In this document: one piece after another, positions 51,182 to 61,403 of the stretch
Layout: every line of letters begins with the position of its first letter
Numbering within the stretch: the first letter of the stretch is position 1
NCBI GenBank assembly: GCA_965657355.1
Contig: CBFHOE010000010.1
Coordinates: 32,001 to 96,000, forward strand
Length of the DNA: 64,000 bases
DNA from: Limisphaerales bacterium
GTDB lineage: Bacteria > Verrucomicrobiota > Verrucomicrobiia > Limisphaerales > JAJOIW01
Reading direction: 5' to 3'
Notes under the pieces: model-generated
What the model saw: only the letters and a program-made list of their open reading frames with translations
What the model was told of the DNA's origin: nothing
Database searches by the model: none
Program-made: the position numbers and the translations under genes

Positions 51182-52767
51182 AGTTGTTTAGAACAAAGAG
51201 TGATAAATTGGACTGGATTAGTTGGATCTTCAATAGAATTCAGAGCCGATTTTAATTTTGACCATATTGTATTCGCCGTTTTTGATGCTGAGGGAGCCGG
51301 CTCATCCACTTCAGTGGGCACCAATTTCTCATCACTAACCCGCTCTCCGGCTTGACTAACCTCTTCCCGGGAAGTTTTAATATCTGGAATCCCTGATACG
51401 ACCTCAATCTCAACGCTATCATCTCCATAGGTGAGCTTTATCTCACTCTCGCTGACCTTCTCAGCCGGTAATTCAGGATGAGAGGGGGATGGCATTTCCG
51501 ACTCTTCGGACTGCTTTTTAGGTTGTGCTTCGTCTAATATCTCACGACGACTATCACCTACTTCGTCTATGGCAGTTATTTCTTTGCTCTCCTGGTCGTT
51601 TTCGCAAAAATCTGGGCGAGAGTCATCTTCTTCCACATTTTTAACCTCATCAGCGGAAGCGGATTCACCTTTATCAATTTCAGATTCATCAGCTTCATTT
51701 TCCGGTGAATGGGAGACAGTTTCAATATCCTCGAGTTTTATTGCGGGTTCACGTGCTTCAAGAACAAAAGGCACTGGCAGCGAATGTTCTTTCTCCAAGC
51801 GACTTTTTTCATCCTCTATGAGATCTTCTTCTACGTCTGATTCTCCGCTGCCCTCTATCGTATGTTCGCTATCTTGATCCTGAGGAGTTTGACCATCAGA
51901 TTCTTTATCGTTACTTTGGTTTGACTGATTAATTATCTCTTCCTCAGTCGCAGATATTGAGACATCCTCTAGGCCAACAGCTAGCTTAGAAGCATATTCA
52001 ACCGAGTTATCTTCTTCATCCTCTTCTTCGACAAACTCCTCATCTTCAAGATCGTCAATGTCATTTTTGGATTCGTCTTCAGCTGGAGGCTCATTGGGGG
52101 CGAGGTCGAGCGTATTTTCTATCCCCCACTCTGATAATTCATCAGGGTTAGATACTTTATGCAGGTTTTCAGGTGGCGCCTCCAAAGGAGTGTCAGGATC
52201 AGCATTAATGGTTTTTAACATACCTGAATCAGGAAGATCCAATAAGGACCCTAATCCAAAGTATTCAAGAAATAATTCGGTGGTCGCATAAAGTGATGGT
52301 TTTCCGGGTAAATCTGATTTTCCTTTTTCTTCGACAAGCCCACGCTCCATCAGTTTCCCCATGACACCATCGACAGAAACGCCACGAATTTTTTCTATTC
52401 CTGCCCTTGTTATAGGTTGCCTATACGCGATGATGGAAAGTGTTTCCAAAGAAGGCTGAGTAAGCCGAGTGGGTCTTTGCCTTCTCCCAAGCAAGACTTG
52501 AAGCCATGGATTAAATTCCTGGTTAGAATGGAATTGCCACTTTCCATTCACACACCTCAAATGGAATGAGCGGTTTAATTCCTCATATTCTGAGGAAAGT
52601 AATTTTATTTCTTTTTCAATTGCTCGCTCGCGAGTAGCAGCAAGTTTCTTAATCCAGGCTTCGTCGGAATTCTCTGCCGTATTTTTGATTATGCTCTTGA
52701 TATCTCCAGGAGCTAAACCTCGCGGTGAGCTAAATAAAAGGCATTCTATAATTGATCGAAGTTCCAT
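51127..52767 (-). CDS. scpB: SMC-Scp complex subunit ScpB with a long acidic C-terminal extension
   Basis: [56 protein letters not shown]; follows scpA. Confidence 0.92.
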   Translation of the reverse strand: MELRSIIECLLFSSPRGLAPGDIKSIIKNTAENSDEAWIKKLAATRERAIEKEIKLLSSEYEELNRSFHLRCVNGKWQFHSNQEFNPWLQVLLGRRQRPTRLTQPSLETLSIIAYRQPITRAGIEKIRGVSVDGVMGKLMERGLVEEKGKSDLPGKPSLYATTELFLEYFGLGSLLDLPDSGMLKTINADPDTPLEAPPENLHKVSNPDELSEWGIENTLDLAPNEPPAEDESKNDIDDLEDEEFVEEEDEEDNSVEYASKLAVGLEDVSISATEEEIINQSNQSNDKESDGQTPQDQDSEHTIEGSGESDVEEDLIEDEKSRLEKEHSLPVPFVLEAREPAIKLEDIETVSHSPENEADESEIDKGESASADEVKNVEEDDSRPDFCENDQESKEITAIDEVGDSRREILDEAQPKKQSEESEMPSPSHPELPAEKVSESEIKLTYGDDSVEIEVVSGIPDIKTSREEVSQAGERVSDEKLVPTEVDEPAPSASKTANTIWSKLKSALNSIEDPTNPVQFITLCSKQLWQTLNTIGKKLMSWIKK

Positions 52768-52792
52768 AGATACTTGTGATTAACTTCCTCGA

Positions 52793-53572
52793 TTATTCGA
52801 AAGTAAGTTCCTCCTGCCACTCCATGGGCGCTTCCCACCCTTCGGGCGATCGGTTGACTCTAATATCGGAAAAATGCCCATGCTGAGTAGCATGGACACG
52901 CTTCTGTTTTACCAATTCAAGAATGGCAAGGAACGTCGCTACAACTTCTGACCGAGTGGAAACGCCTTCAAACAAAGCAGTAAATTGCACGGTCCCTTCT
53001 TTTGTGAGCTTGTGGATGATAAATTCGATTTTCTCACTCACTGTGAATGGGTCTTGAACGATCTCAGAGACCCTCTCGAGTCGATGCTCATACCTTTCGA
53101 GAATAATTTCTAATGCTTTTAGTAAATCATTCACAGTAGCTTGTTGGCCTGATGGAGCTTCTATGACGCGAGGGAGATCCAGCTTGGATGGCTCCCGAGG
53201 ATAAATTTTTTCCTCGCGCCGTTCGATTGTTTTGAGATGGTGGGAAGCGTCTTTGAATTTTTTATATTCTACCAACTGACGGATAAGTTCCCACCTCGGG
53301 TCTAGCTCCTCATCGTCTTCCTCATCGATGACCTGTTGATCAATCGGCAGAAGCTCTTTGCTTTTGATATAAATCAAAGTAGCTGCCATCACGATAAATT
53401 CCCCTGCGATGTCCAAATCGAGCGATTTCATGATTTCGACATACTCAATAAAATCTGTAGCCAGGCGAGTTAGGTTCACCTCATAGATATCAACCTCTTG
53501 TCGCCTTACTAAATAGAGCAAAAGATCCAATGGACCTTCAAAAACTTCAAAACTGACCTGATATTCTGCCAT
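52793..53572 (-). CDS. scpA: Segregation and condensation protein A (kleisin)
   Basis: FEGPLDLLLYLV, EFIVMAATLIYIKSKELLP, DPRWELIRQLVEYKKFK, VVATFLAILELVK. ORF track starts at 53614; the ATG at 53572 is more likely. Confidence 0.95.
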   Translation of the reverse strand: MAEYQVSFEVFEGPLDLLLYLVRRQEVDIYEVNLTRLATDFIEYVEIMKSLDLDIAGEFIVMAATLIYIKSKELLPIDQQVIDEEDDEELDPRWELIRQLVEYKKFKDASHHLKTIERREEKIYPREPSKLDLPRVIEAPSGQQATVNDLLKALEIILERYEHRLERVSEIVQDPFTVSEKIEFIIHKLTKEGTVQFTALFEGVSTRSEVVATFLAILELVKQKRVHATQHGHFSDIRVNRSPEGWEAPMEWQEELTFE

Positions 53573-53702
53573 ACATCCAATCCGGATTGTTTTCCCTTGG
53601 TGAGATGATGCCACAATTAGGATATCAATATCAACTTCCCATCGGAGGAGGAATTCCAGTCAATCGTAGAAAACCGACGAATTTTAGGTCTTTTTTTGAT
53701 AT

Positions 53703-54905
53703 TCAGGCCTCAGAATCGGTGATCGCTAATTCGTGGATAGTGAATGGACTGTCGATGCCTTTGATATTTACCCTGAGATTTCCAACAGTCCTAAATGGAA
53801 CTGATGCCGCCTCAAGCGTATGGGTGGATACGAGTATCTGACCTCCGACAGTAAAACTCTCAATTCGAGCCGCCAAGTTGACGGTCGCGCCGACAACTCC
53901 GAATTTTAACCTTTTGCTGGACCCAATATTTCCAACAACAGCATCTCCAGAATTGACCCCAATTCCCATTTGCAGGTCACAACTTCTTACCTCCCGAGAA
54001 ATATTTTTCAGTTTTTGAAGCTCTTGTTGCATTTTTCGGGAACATGCCATCGCACGTTCCGCATGATTTTCATACGGGGACAGAGCCCCGAATACCGCCA
54101 AGATTCCATCCCCAACAAAATCAATTATCATCCCACTAAATTCATTGATGACATCTATCATTCGCTCGAAATATAAATTCAGCATGCCAACCAATTCGGC
54201 AGGTGAGGTCTTGCTGGAGAGCTCTGTGAACCCACGAAGATCACTAACCAGCACAGAAACGTTTCTGGATTCACCCCCGATTCTGATGGATTGTGGCTGC
54301 GATAGCACTTTTTCCAACAACTGATTGCCAGCATATTGGCCAAATACTGACTGAATAAAATCGCTTTTTGCCCGGAGCTCAGAATGCGCAGCGGTTAAGT
54401 CGCTCTGCAACTTTGATATCTCCATCAAATTTAATTGATCTTCTACAATCGACGCCAGGTCATTAAGAATCCCTAGCTCATTATCAGAAACGGACCTTGG
54501 CTGGCATCCAGCTACACAAAGCGTCCCGACATTGTAACCTGATATAGATTTTAAAGGGCGGCCGGCATAAAACCGGACGAAAGGATTGCCGACCACCATG
54601 GGATTGTCATGAAATCTTTCGTCAGTGGTTGCGTCGGGAATTACCAAAACTTTATCCTCTACAATAGCATGACCACAAAAAGACGTATCACGTGGAGTTT
54701 CCGTATCCTTAATCCCACATTTTGACTTGAACCATTGCCGAGATGAATCAACCAAAGCCACGTAACTCATCTCCACATTAAACAATGATTTTGCAGTTCG
54801 AGTAATGCGATCAAACCGCTCTTCAGGCGATGTATCTAAAATCTTGAGCTCCAATAGAGCCCGGTGCCGCTCATCTTCAAATATAGGTGTTGGGGCCTTG
54901 ATCAT
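53703..54905 (-). CDS. GAF-domain class III nucleotidyl (adenylate/guanylate) cyclase
   Basis: GAF: ILDTSPEERFDRITR, SFCGHAI, RFYAGRPL, GTLCV. Cyclase: SDLRGFT, FVGDG, GIGVNSG..VVGNIG, VNLAARIE. Confidence 0.93.
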   Translation of the reverse strand: MIKAPTPIFEDERHRALLELKILDTSPEERFDRITRTAKSLFNVEMSYVALVDSSRQWFKSKCGIKDTETPRDTSFCGHAIVEDKVLVIPDATTDERFHDNPMVVGNPFVRFYAGRPLKSISGYNVGTLCVAGCQPRSVSDNELGILNDLASIVEDQLNLMEISKLQSDLTAAHSELRAKSDFIQSVFGQYAGNQLLEKVLSQPQSIRIGGESRNVSVLVSDLRGFTELSSKTSPAELVGMLNLYFERMIDVINEFSGMIIDFVGDGILAVFGALSPYENHAERAMACSRKMQQELQKLKNISREVRSCDLQMGIGVNSGDAVVGNIGSSKRLKFGVVGATVNLAARIESFTVGGQILVSTHTLEAASVPFRTVGNLRVNIKGIDSPFTIHELAITDSEA

Positions 54906-55030
54906 AACAAATCTTGTCCTCTTTTGAAATTAACAGACCATTTCCTACCTAAAAACTACGAATTGATATATTCAAATGGTCTTTAGATTTTCCTTATACT
55001 ATTACTTTTCATTTAATAGTCTGTGAAGCA

Positions 55031-55612
55031 ATGAGTGAGAAGGTACTAATTATAATTGGAGATGCGGCCGAAACCGTTGATACGCTCTACCCCTATTATA
55101 GATTGATCGAAGGGGGGTTCCAACCAGTTGTTGCTGGACCTGAAGTCCACAAATATCAAATGGTGATGCATGAAATTAAACCGGGTTGGACAATCACCAA
55201 GGAGTGGGAAGGATACTCAATACAGTCCGACATCGCCTTTGAAAAAGTAGAATGTGAAGAATACCTTGGCATTTTCTTCAGTGGTGGCCGGGCACCAGAA
55301 TATATTCGTTATGACGAAAATCTTGTCAAAATCACGCGGTATTTCTTTAAAAATAATTTACCCATAGCCAGTGTTTGTCATGGCGTTGAGATACCCGCCT
55401 ATGCAGATTGTGTCAGAGGGCGAAAAATGGCGACAGTCCCAAAGTGTCAATTTGATTTGGAAGTCTGTGGTGGAACCTTTGTCAATGAACCCTGCGTCGT
55501 CGATGGAAACTTAGTAAGCGGCCGAACTTATCACGATCATGGTCATTACATGGGCGAATGGATGCGACTCTTGGATCTTGAACGAGAAAAGAGAAAAAAC
55601 TCAGGAAATTAA
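55031..55612 (+). CDS. DJ-1/PfpI family protein
   Basis: GDAAETVD, SGGRAPEYIR, SVCHG, VVDGNLVSGRT. Confidence 0.92.
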   Translation: MSEKVLIIIGDAAETVDTLYPYYRLIEGGFQPVVAGPEVHKYQMVMHEIKPGWTITKEWEGYSIQSDIAFEKVECEEYLGIFFSGGRAPEYIRYDENLVKITRYFFKNNLPIASVCHGVEIPAYADCVRGRKMATVPKCQFDLEVCGGTFVNEPCVVDGNLVSGRTYHDHGHYMGEWMRLLDLEREKRKNSGN

Positions 55613-55637
55613 CCTCAACCAATTAGGAGAAGAAAGA

Positions 55638-56282
55638 ATGTTATCAACAGATTTTATTCCCGCAAGACAGGGTGGTTCGCGCTATCTCATGCTGGTCATG
55701 CATGGCTTGGGTGACAGCATGGAGGGATATCGCTCTCTTGTACCAGAGCTCGGAATACCTGAAATGAATTACCTACTTATTAATGCACCAGATCATTATG
55801 TGAGTGGATTCAGTTGGTATGACATTTATGAGAACCCCGAACCCGGAATCATTCGCAGCAGGAAACTCCTAATAGACCTCTTGGACCACCAAAACAAAGA
55901 AGGATTTGAATATGATCATATGTTCTTATTTGGGTTTTCTCAAGGATGCCTGATGGCCGTAGAAACTGGAGCAAGATGTGAGCATACCCTGGGTGGAATC
56001 ATAGGAATCAGCGGGTATGTCCAGAATCCAGAGGCCCTGGTCAAAGAAAAATCAGAAGCTGCAGAATCACAGAACTTTCTCATTACCCACGGAAATGCTG
56101 ATGACATCATACCAATCGAAAAATCTCGCCCCACATTCCAATACCTCTCGGATTCTGGATTGAATATAAAATGGGAAGAATTCAGCAAAGCCCACTCGTT
56201 CGAAGGAGAAAGAGAATTTCAGGTCATCAGAGACTTTGTCAATCAACGCATAAAAAGCATAGAATCCAATACGGATGCATGA
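55638..56282 (+). CDS. Phospholipase/carboxylesterase family serine esterase
   Basis: HGLGDS, GFSQG, THGNADDIIP, KAH; AGGAG upstream of the ATG at 55638. The ORF track start at 55539 overlaps the previous gene. Confidence 0.9.
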   Translation: MLSTDFIPARQGGSRYLMLVMHGLGDSMEGYRSLVPELGIPEMNYLLINAPDHYVSGFSWYDIYENPEPGIIRSRKLLIDLLDHQNKEGFEYDHMFLFGFSQGCLMAVETGARCEHTLGGIIGISGYVQNPEALVKEKSEAAESQNFLITHGNADDIIPIEKSRPTFQYLSDSGLNIKWEEFSKAHSFEGEREFQVIRDFVNQRIKSIESNTDA

Positions 56283-56283
56283 C

Positions 56284-56313
56284 TTGACCAATGCCCAATG
56301 GTTTAGTTAAGCT
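56284..56313 (+). promoter_or_regulatory. Putative sigma70 promoter for tig
   Basis: TTGACC-N18-TAAGCT followed by an A/T-rich leader. Confidence 0.35.
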
Positions 56314-56368
56314 GACCCGCTTATTTCATAAAGATCAGCTAAAAATAAAAATTTATTAAAAAATTAAA

Positions 56369-57709
56369 GTGAATATCTCGGTAGATGATTTAGGGCCATG
56401 TAAAAAGCTTGTCCGGATTGAGTTTGACCAAGAAAGCGTCAAAGAAGCTTCAAATTCGGTTGTCGATAAATACCAAAAACAGGCTCAGCTTCCGGGCTTT
56501 AGAAAAGGTAAAGCCCCGAAGCTGATGATCATCAGCTCTTATCGAGATGATATCGAGCAACAGGTAAAATCCACACTCATGGAAAAAGGCCTCAAGAAGG
56601 CCATTGAGGACAATGAGTTCCGCCTCATCAATTATAACGACATTGAAATCATTAAATTTGATCTCAATGGGGAATTTAGCGTTTCTGCTAACATTGAAGT
56701 CGAACCCTCTTTTGATGTTCCAGAATACAAGGGATTAGAAGTTGAAGCTGTCAGAATCACTGTAACCGATGAAGACGTAAATGAGGCGCTGGAAACACTC
56801 AGAGCCCAAAAAGCAGAATATGTTGACGCAGACGGACCATTAACCAAGGAACACATTGCTGTAGTCGACTTTAAAGGTTCCATCGATGGACAGCCCATAT
56901 CTGAGATCTCCAGCGAAGCTGCCAGTATCTCTGAAGGATCTGGCCAGTGGCTAAAACTAGACTCGGATAATTTTCTACCGGGCTTTAATGAAGGATTGAT
57001 CGGAAAAAATAAGGGTGATAAGGCAAACATCAACTCAACATTTTCAGAAGAATTCCCTTATAAAGACCTTGCCGGGAAAGAAGGACAATTCGAGGTTGAA
57101 GTAAAAGAAATAAAATTAACGAAATTGCCCGAAGTCGATGATGAGTTCGCCAAAGGGTTTGAAGCAGAGTCATTAGAAAGCTTGAAAGAAGGTATCAAAA
57201 AAGACTTGGAAGCAGAGGCCGACAATAAATACAAAAAAGAACTAAGAGCTATCCTCGTTCAAAAGGTCACCGAAAAAGCGGATTTCGAAATCCCTCAATC
57301 CATGGCAGATGAAACGACGAAACGTATGGTCTATGACATCGTATACCAAAACCAGCAGGCAGGAATTTCAAAAGAACAGATAGAGGAAAACACAGACGAA
57401 ATTTATGCCAACGCCAATCAATCAGCCATACAAAGAGTGAGAAATTCACTGATTCTTCAGAGCATTGGGAGAAAAGAAGACGTCCAGGTTAATAATGAAG
57501 AATTATCAGCATACGTCTCCCAAATGGCTGTAACATACAATATCAAACCAGAGAAACTTATTGAGGATTTAAAGGAACGGGATGCATTTCCTGAAATTGT
57601 TAATAATATCTCAATGGCCAAAACCATCGACATCATACAGATGCACGCAAAGATTACCGAGATTTCTAAAACTAAAAAAGAGCTTTCAGACCAGCCTACG
57701 AAAGAATAG
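56369..57709 (+). CDS. tig: Trigger factor
   Basis: LPGFRKGKAP ribosome-binding signature; FKBP-like VDFKGSIDG...FLPGFNEGLIG; LAGKEGQFEV; LPEVDDEFAK. Confidence 0.96.
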   Translation: MNISVDDLGPCKKLVRIEFDQESVKEASNSVVDKYQKQAQLPGFRKGKAPKLMIISSYRDDIEQQVKSTLMEKGLKKAIEDNEFRLINYNDIEIIKFDLNGEFSVSANIEVEPSFDVPEYKGLEVEAVRITVTDEDVNEALETLRAQKAEYVDADGPLTKEHIAVVDFKGSIDGQPISEISSEAASISEGSGQWLKLDSDNFLPGFNEGLIGKNKGDKANINSTFSEEFPYKDLAGKEGQFEVEVKEIKLTKLPEVDDEFAKGFEAESLESLKEGIKKDLEAEADNKYKKELRAILVQKVTEKADFEIPQSMADETTKRMVYDIVYQNQQAGISKEQIEENTDEIYANANQSAIQRVRNSLILQSIGRKEDVQVNNEELSAYVSQMAVTYNIKPEKLIEDLKERDAFPEIVNNISMAKTIDIIQMHAKITEISKTKKELSDQPTKE

Positions 57710-57747
57710 ACAGAAAGTTCCTTTGATAAATTTTTACATTTTTATAA

Positions 57748-57782
57748 AAAAAGCGGTATTGATAATTTCAATACCGCTTTTT
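57748..57782. terminator. Bidirectional intrinsic terminator
   Basis: Perfect 15-bp stem AAAAAGCGGTATTGA-TAATT-TCAATACCGCTTTTT between the convergent tig and phosphatase genes. Confidence 0.85.
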
Positions 57783-57829
57783 GAATTTCAAGAGACCTAA
57801 AAGTAAATAAGGTCATAAAAAATGTCCGA

Positions 57830-59206
57830 TTAATATGGAATGGTATTCTTGAATTTTCTTTCGGGTGTAGAAACGATCGTGTCGTTGGTCAGCAGCTTCG
57901 CCCCATTTCCAAGTTTTTCGAGTTCGAAGCCATCATAGACTTTACCGGTTGCTGTCACAGCCTTATAGGAAAGTTTGCGATGCTCGAATGATAAGACTTG
58001 AAATAGTTGAGTGTTTTCTGCCATCCGGTCCATTATAATATTGTCATCGGCATAACCATCCCACCTGTCGGGTTTGACCGTATACATCTTTGAACCACTC
58101 ACAGAATTAACATAAACACTCTTAGTGTATTCTTTTATCGGACCGGCTTTTGTGTCGCGGGTATGACCTCTGGCATACGTATGGTCATGTCCTTGTAAGA
58201 CTAAATCGACATTATTTTTTTCAAGAATAGGCATCCAGGACTTTCGCAACTTAAGATTATCACGATTTACAGCTGAAGCGAAAATTGGATAATGGAAGGC
58301 GACCACCTTCCACTGGTGATTTGAATTGGAAAGTATTTTATCCATCCATGCTGCCTGCTTCCCGATTTCAGCCATGCTGTTTAGACATACAAAAAGGACT
58401 CCCTGGTATTCGAAATGATATGCCGTTTCCTTAATGGAGTCAGGAAGCTCAGGATAAGTTGGAAATTCAAATTGTGGTTGCCACTGAATCGAGAGTGATC
58501 TAACCGCTTTGTCATCAATTTTTAAATCCCCATACTCGTGATTACCGGGAACAGCAACCGCAGGAATAGTTCCATGAGTCCACCCTGTGGCCTTGAACCA
58601 TTGACCCCATTCATCATCCATATGGGCCGAGTTGATAAGATCTCCAGCGTGAAGCAAAAACCTCATGTCAGGAGCCGAGAAAACAGACTGGCGAATCAAC
58701 CGAGACCAATGCGAAAGAATGCCATTCTGCGCATCCCCAACATATACAAATGAAAAAGGATCAAATCCTTGAGAAGCAGTAGTAAAATGAAACCATTCAC
58801 TGAAAGAATTCCTCCCATCGCCAACCCGATAGGCGTATTGAGTCGACGGCTCAAGGTCTTGAAATGCCACCGTGTGAAAATGCGCTTGTATGTCAGGATT
58901 ATATTCCGCTTTTTTAAGTTTTAGAATTTGCGATTTGGCTTTTACTCGAACAGCCTTCTTTGAAAAACCGGGAGCATCGTACGCCTCTGCAATTTCCGCC
59001 CAGCCAGTCAGTATATTTGTACTGGTTCGCCAAGTAACAGAATACCCAGTAGATGGATCCCCGGTAGGATTGAGCATTATACGGTCTGGGGTTTCACTGG
59101 GAGGGCCACCTGTCAAATCAGCGTCCGCTGACATACAAATATGCGAAAAAGGTAGCATCAGTGTGCTCACCATTAAGAATCTAGCAAAAAAGATTATTGG
59201 TTTCAT
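57830..59206 (-). CDS. Exported purple acid phosphatase-like metallophosphoesterase with an N-terminal FN3-like domain
   Basis: DLEPSTQYAYRVGDG; GDAQ, HAGDL, PGNHE, FHYP, GHDHTYAR. ORF track extends to 59281; the ATG at 59206 gives a signal peptide. Confidence 0.9.
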   Translation of the reverse strand: MKPIIFFARFLMVSTLMLPFSHICMSADADLTGGPPSETPDRIMLNPTGDPSTGYSVTWRTSTNILTGWAEIAEAYDAPGFSKKAVRVKAKSQILKLKKAEYNPDIQAHFHTVAFQDLEPSTQYAYRVGDGRNSFSEWFHFTTASQGFDPFSFVYVGDAQNGILSHWSRLIRQSVFSAPDMRFLLHAGDLINSAHMDDEWGQWFKATGWTHGTIPAVAVPGNHEYGDLKIDDKAVRSLSIQWQPQFEFPTYPELPDSIKETAYHFEYQGVLFVCLNSMAEIGKQAAWMDKILSNSNHQWKVVAFHYPIFASAVNRDNLKLRKSWMPILEKNNVDLVLQGHDHTYARGHTRDTKAGPIKEYTKSVYVNSVSGSKMYTVKPDRWDGYADDNIIMDRMAENTQLFQVLSFEHRKLSYKAVTATGKVYDGFELEKLGNGAKLLTNDTIVSTPERKFKNTIPY

Positions 59207-59389
59207 AAAATATTCAATCTTTATATAAGGTGAATTTTTCCAAATGCAAATCGGCGAAAATACAATCACCATTTGAATCATTCGACGCGAACGAGAATAA
59301 CTTAATTTTTATTTTTTAGTAAAAAGTCAGAGGTCTTAGCCTTATCTAATTATTTGGAAGATAATCGAATTAGGATTTGAAAATTGAGA

Positions 59390-59959
59390 TCATTTTGAGT
59401 CTCTTTTTTTCTTTTTCTTAATGCCAGCTTCAGAACCAGATTTTCTTTCTCCCGTGATATAAAACTGGAATCCGAGACCACATATGAATATACAAGGAAG
59501 CACTAACTGAGAGATATTCCATAGCTCATGGCCGACCATATAGATAATGATACTGCCTATCGCTGATGAAACGATGACTAAAGCAACATCAAAAAGCTTG
59601 ATAAATAGAAACAGGAGAGCAATTCCCAAAATCACACCCAGCACAAGTTCAATGATGATGCTATTTATGGAAAATAAAGCACCCAAGACAAAGCCTAAGT
59701 ATAACCCACAAAAAAAGATAGCTACTCGTAGGAGAACTTTCTTGAAGATAAAGTATGAAACCAAAATGGTGCAGAATACTATGAAGAAGGTGATAAGATA
59801 GAACCTGGGCTCCTGGTCACCTAAAACCTGGTCTTGAATAGCAACGAACCAAACGGCTCCCATGAATGATGGAAAAACAAAAAAAAGCCTCTTACCCCAA
59901 AGTAAAAGTAAAAAACCAAAAATGGATGCAATGAAATAAAATGCCTGATCTCCGCTCAT
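59390..59959 (-). CDS. Multi-pass membrane protein (DUF4203/TM7S3-like)
   Basis: About 6-7 hydrophobic helices; GFLLLLWGKRLF, IVSSAIGS, GLGFQ; basic tail. Confidence 0.65.
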   Translation of the reverse strand: MSGDQAFYFIASIFGFLLLLWGKRLFFVFPSFMGAVWFVAIQDQVLGDQEPRFYLITFFIVFCTILVSYFIFKKVLLRVAIFFCGLYLGFVLGALFSINSIIIELVLGVILGIALLFLFIKLFDVALVIVSSAIGSIIIYMVGHELWNISQLVLPCIFICGLGFQFYITGERKSGSEAGIKKKKKRDSK

Positions 59960-59985
59960 CGACGACTAAAGCCGAGGAAAAAATA

Positions 59986-61362
59986 TCAGATCGGCTGCTT
60001 CATGAAAACCTGAATTTCCAGGTAATCTAAGTTCTTTTCCACGAAATATAGTGCCACCAAGAGCCCAACAACTGTTGCGCTCAAAAACCCCAACCCGTAA
60101 TACTGAACTCCCATGCTTATAGATACCAGTGTGACCGAGGCATTGGTAATCATAAAACTCATGCATGTAATCATTGCTGCATTTTTTTTGTCCATGTAAT
60201 AAAGAACCAAAAGGAGCGCCATAAAAATAACGAGAACAAAAGCTCCTAATAAGGAAATCTGGAAAACCCCAGTCTGGACGTCATTCAAATCAAGAATATC
60301 TAAAACATTCCCCGCACTCAGTATTAAGATGCCGGTCACAAGGCCCTGAAGCTTAATGAGCTGACCTATGCTGAGAGTCAATGAATCAAGTATTTTTCTT
60401 TTGGCCTCTTGAATCTGACCAAGCGATCCACGGTTTATAATTTTATCAATAAAATCAGCCATGTAATAAACAAGCCCAGTCTCAACTTTTAACAAGAAAA
60501 ATGATATTCCAGGTAAAATCGACAAAAAGGAAAAATAGACGGCCGGATCATAAACCGGTGCACTATATAAAAATCCGGAGATTTGGACTGCCTTAGGATC
60601 TGCCCACCAAAATAAAAACTTATCAATCCAAATCCCCAAATTGTAAAACAATCCACAAAAAGCAAGTTGGTAGTATTTCCTACCAATGGTGATACAAGAA
60701 TCGAATTTTGCATGAAAATTTAAACCCGTCTCAAGATATATAATTTTTATGAGATGTAAGAAAATAATAAGATGGCCGAGAACCATCCCAAACATGGCTC
60801 CACCAATACCTGAGATATGACCAAGCCCCCAACCAAAAAGAATACATAAAACAAATCCAACAAAAAACCCCCTGACAAGCTCTCGATAATTTTTTATGCC
60901 ACTAAGAAAAACACTGCATAGCCAGATACACCCCACTAAAACAAATAGCATAGCAGAGGAGCCCCTGAAAAGAAGATTGGCTTCAACAAAAAAATAAAAC
61001 ATGAAAACACCCAACACAAAAAGTATAATAGCGCCCCATGAGAGAAACTGTAGAAAGCACCCGAAGATTGGATCCGTTTCTTTCTTATATAATTGATCAG
61101 ATGTATAACGAGTCATAATCATCTGAAAAGGACCAACAGCAACAAGACTTGTTCCGTATATAACAGAAATCGCAACAAGAAATATGCGAACATCTGGCTC
61201 TGATGTGACCCGCTCTAATAAATACCCTAAAAGCGCCATAGATGACACAGCGATAACCCAAGGCCCCCCGGCAATGACCCCAGCAAGCCCATAGGCCCGA
61301 AGCAGAGATGTATATGTTTTCTGCTTCATCAATCGATTCAATTCAAATCCTACACCGGCCAT
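59986..61362 (-). CDS. pelG: Pel exopolysaccharide transporter PelG
   Basis: MAGVGFELNRL, GPW, TRYTSDQLY, GLFYNLGIWIDKFLFW, PVYD..VYFSFLSILPG, VET, VLYYMD, YYGLGF. Confidence 0.93.
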   Translation of the reverse strand: MAGVGFELNRLMKQKTYTSLLRAYGLAGVIAGGPWVIAVSSMALLGYLLERVTSEPDVRIFLVAISVIYGTSLVAVGPFQMIMTRYTSDQLYKKETDPIFGCFLQFLSWGAIILFVLGVFMFYFFVEANLLFRGSSAMLFVLVGCIWLCSVFLSGIKNYRELVRGFFVGFVLCILFGWGLGHISGIGGAMFGMVLGHLIIFLHLIKIIYLETGLNFHAKFDSCITIGRKYYQLAFCGLFYNLGIWIDKFLFWWADPKAVQISGFLYSAPVYDPAVYFSFLSILPGISFFLLKVETGLVYYMADFIDKIINRGSLGQIQEAKRKILDSLTLSIGQLIKLQGLVTGILILSAGNVLDILDLNDVQTGVFQISLLGAFVLVIFMALLLVLYYMDKKNAAMITCMSFMITNASVTLVSISMGVQYYGLGFLSATVVGLLVALYFVEKNLDYLEIQVFMKQPI

Positions 61363-61403
61363 AATTTGTAAATGATTATGTTGTATTACTAAAAATTGAG
61401 GGG

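Noticed and set aside
59390..61362. AT-rich appearance of pelG and the adjacent gene as evidence of horizontal transfer
   Set aside because: It can be explained by Phe/Ile/Leu codons in membrane proteins; GC and codon statistics were not computed.
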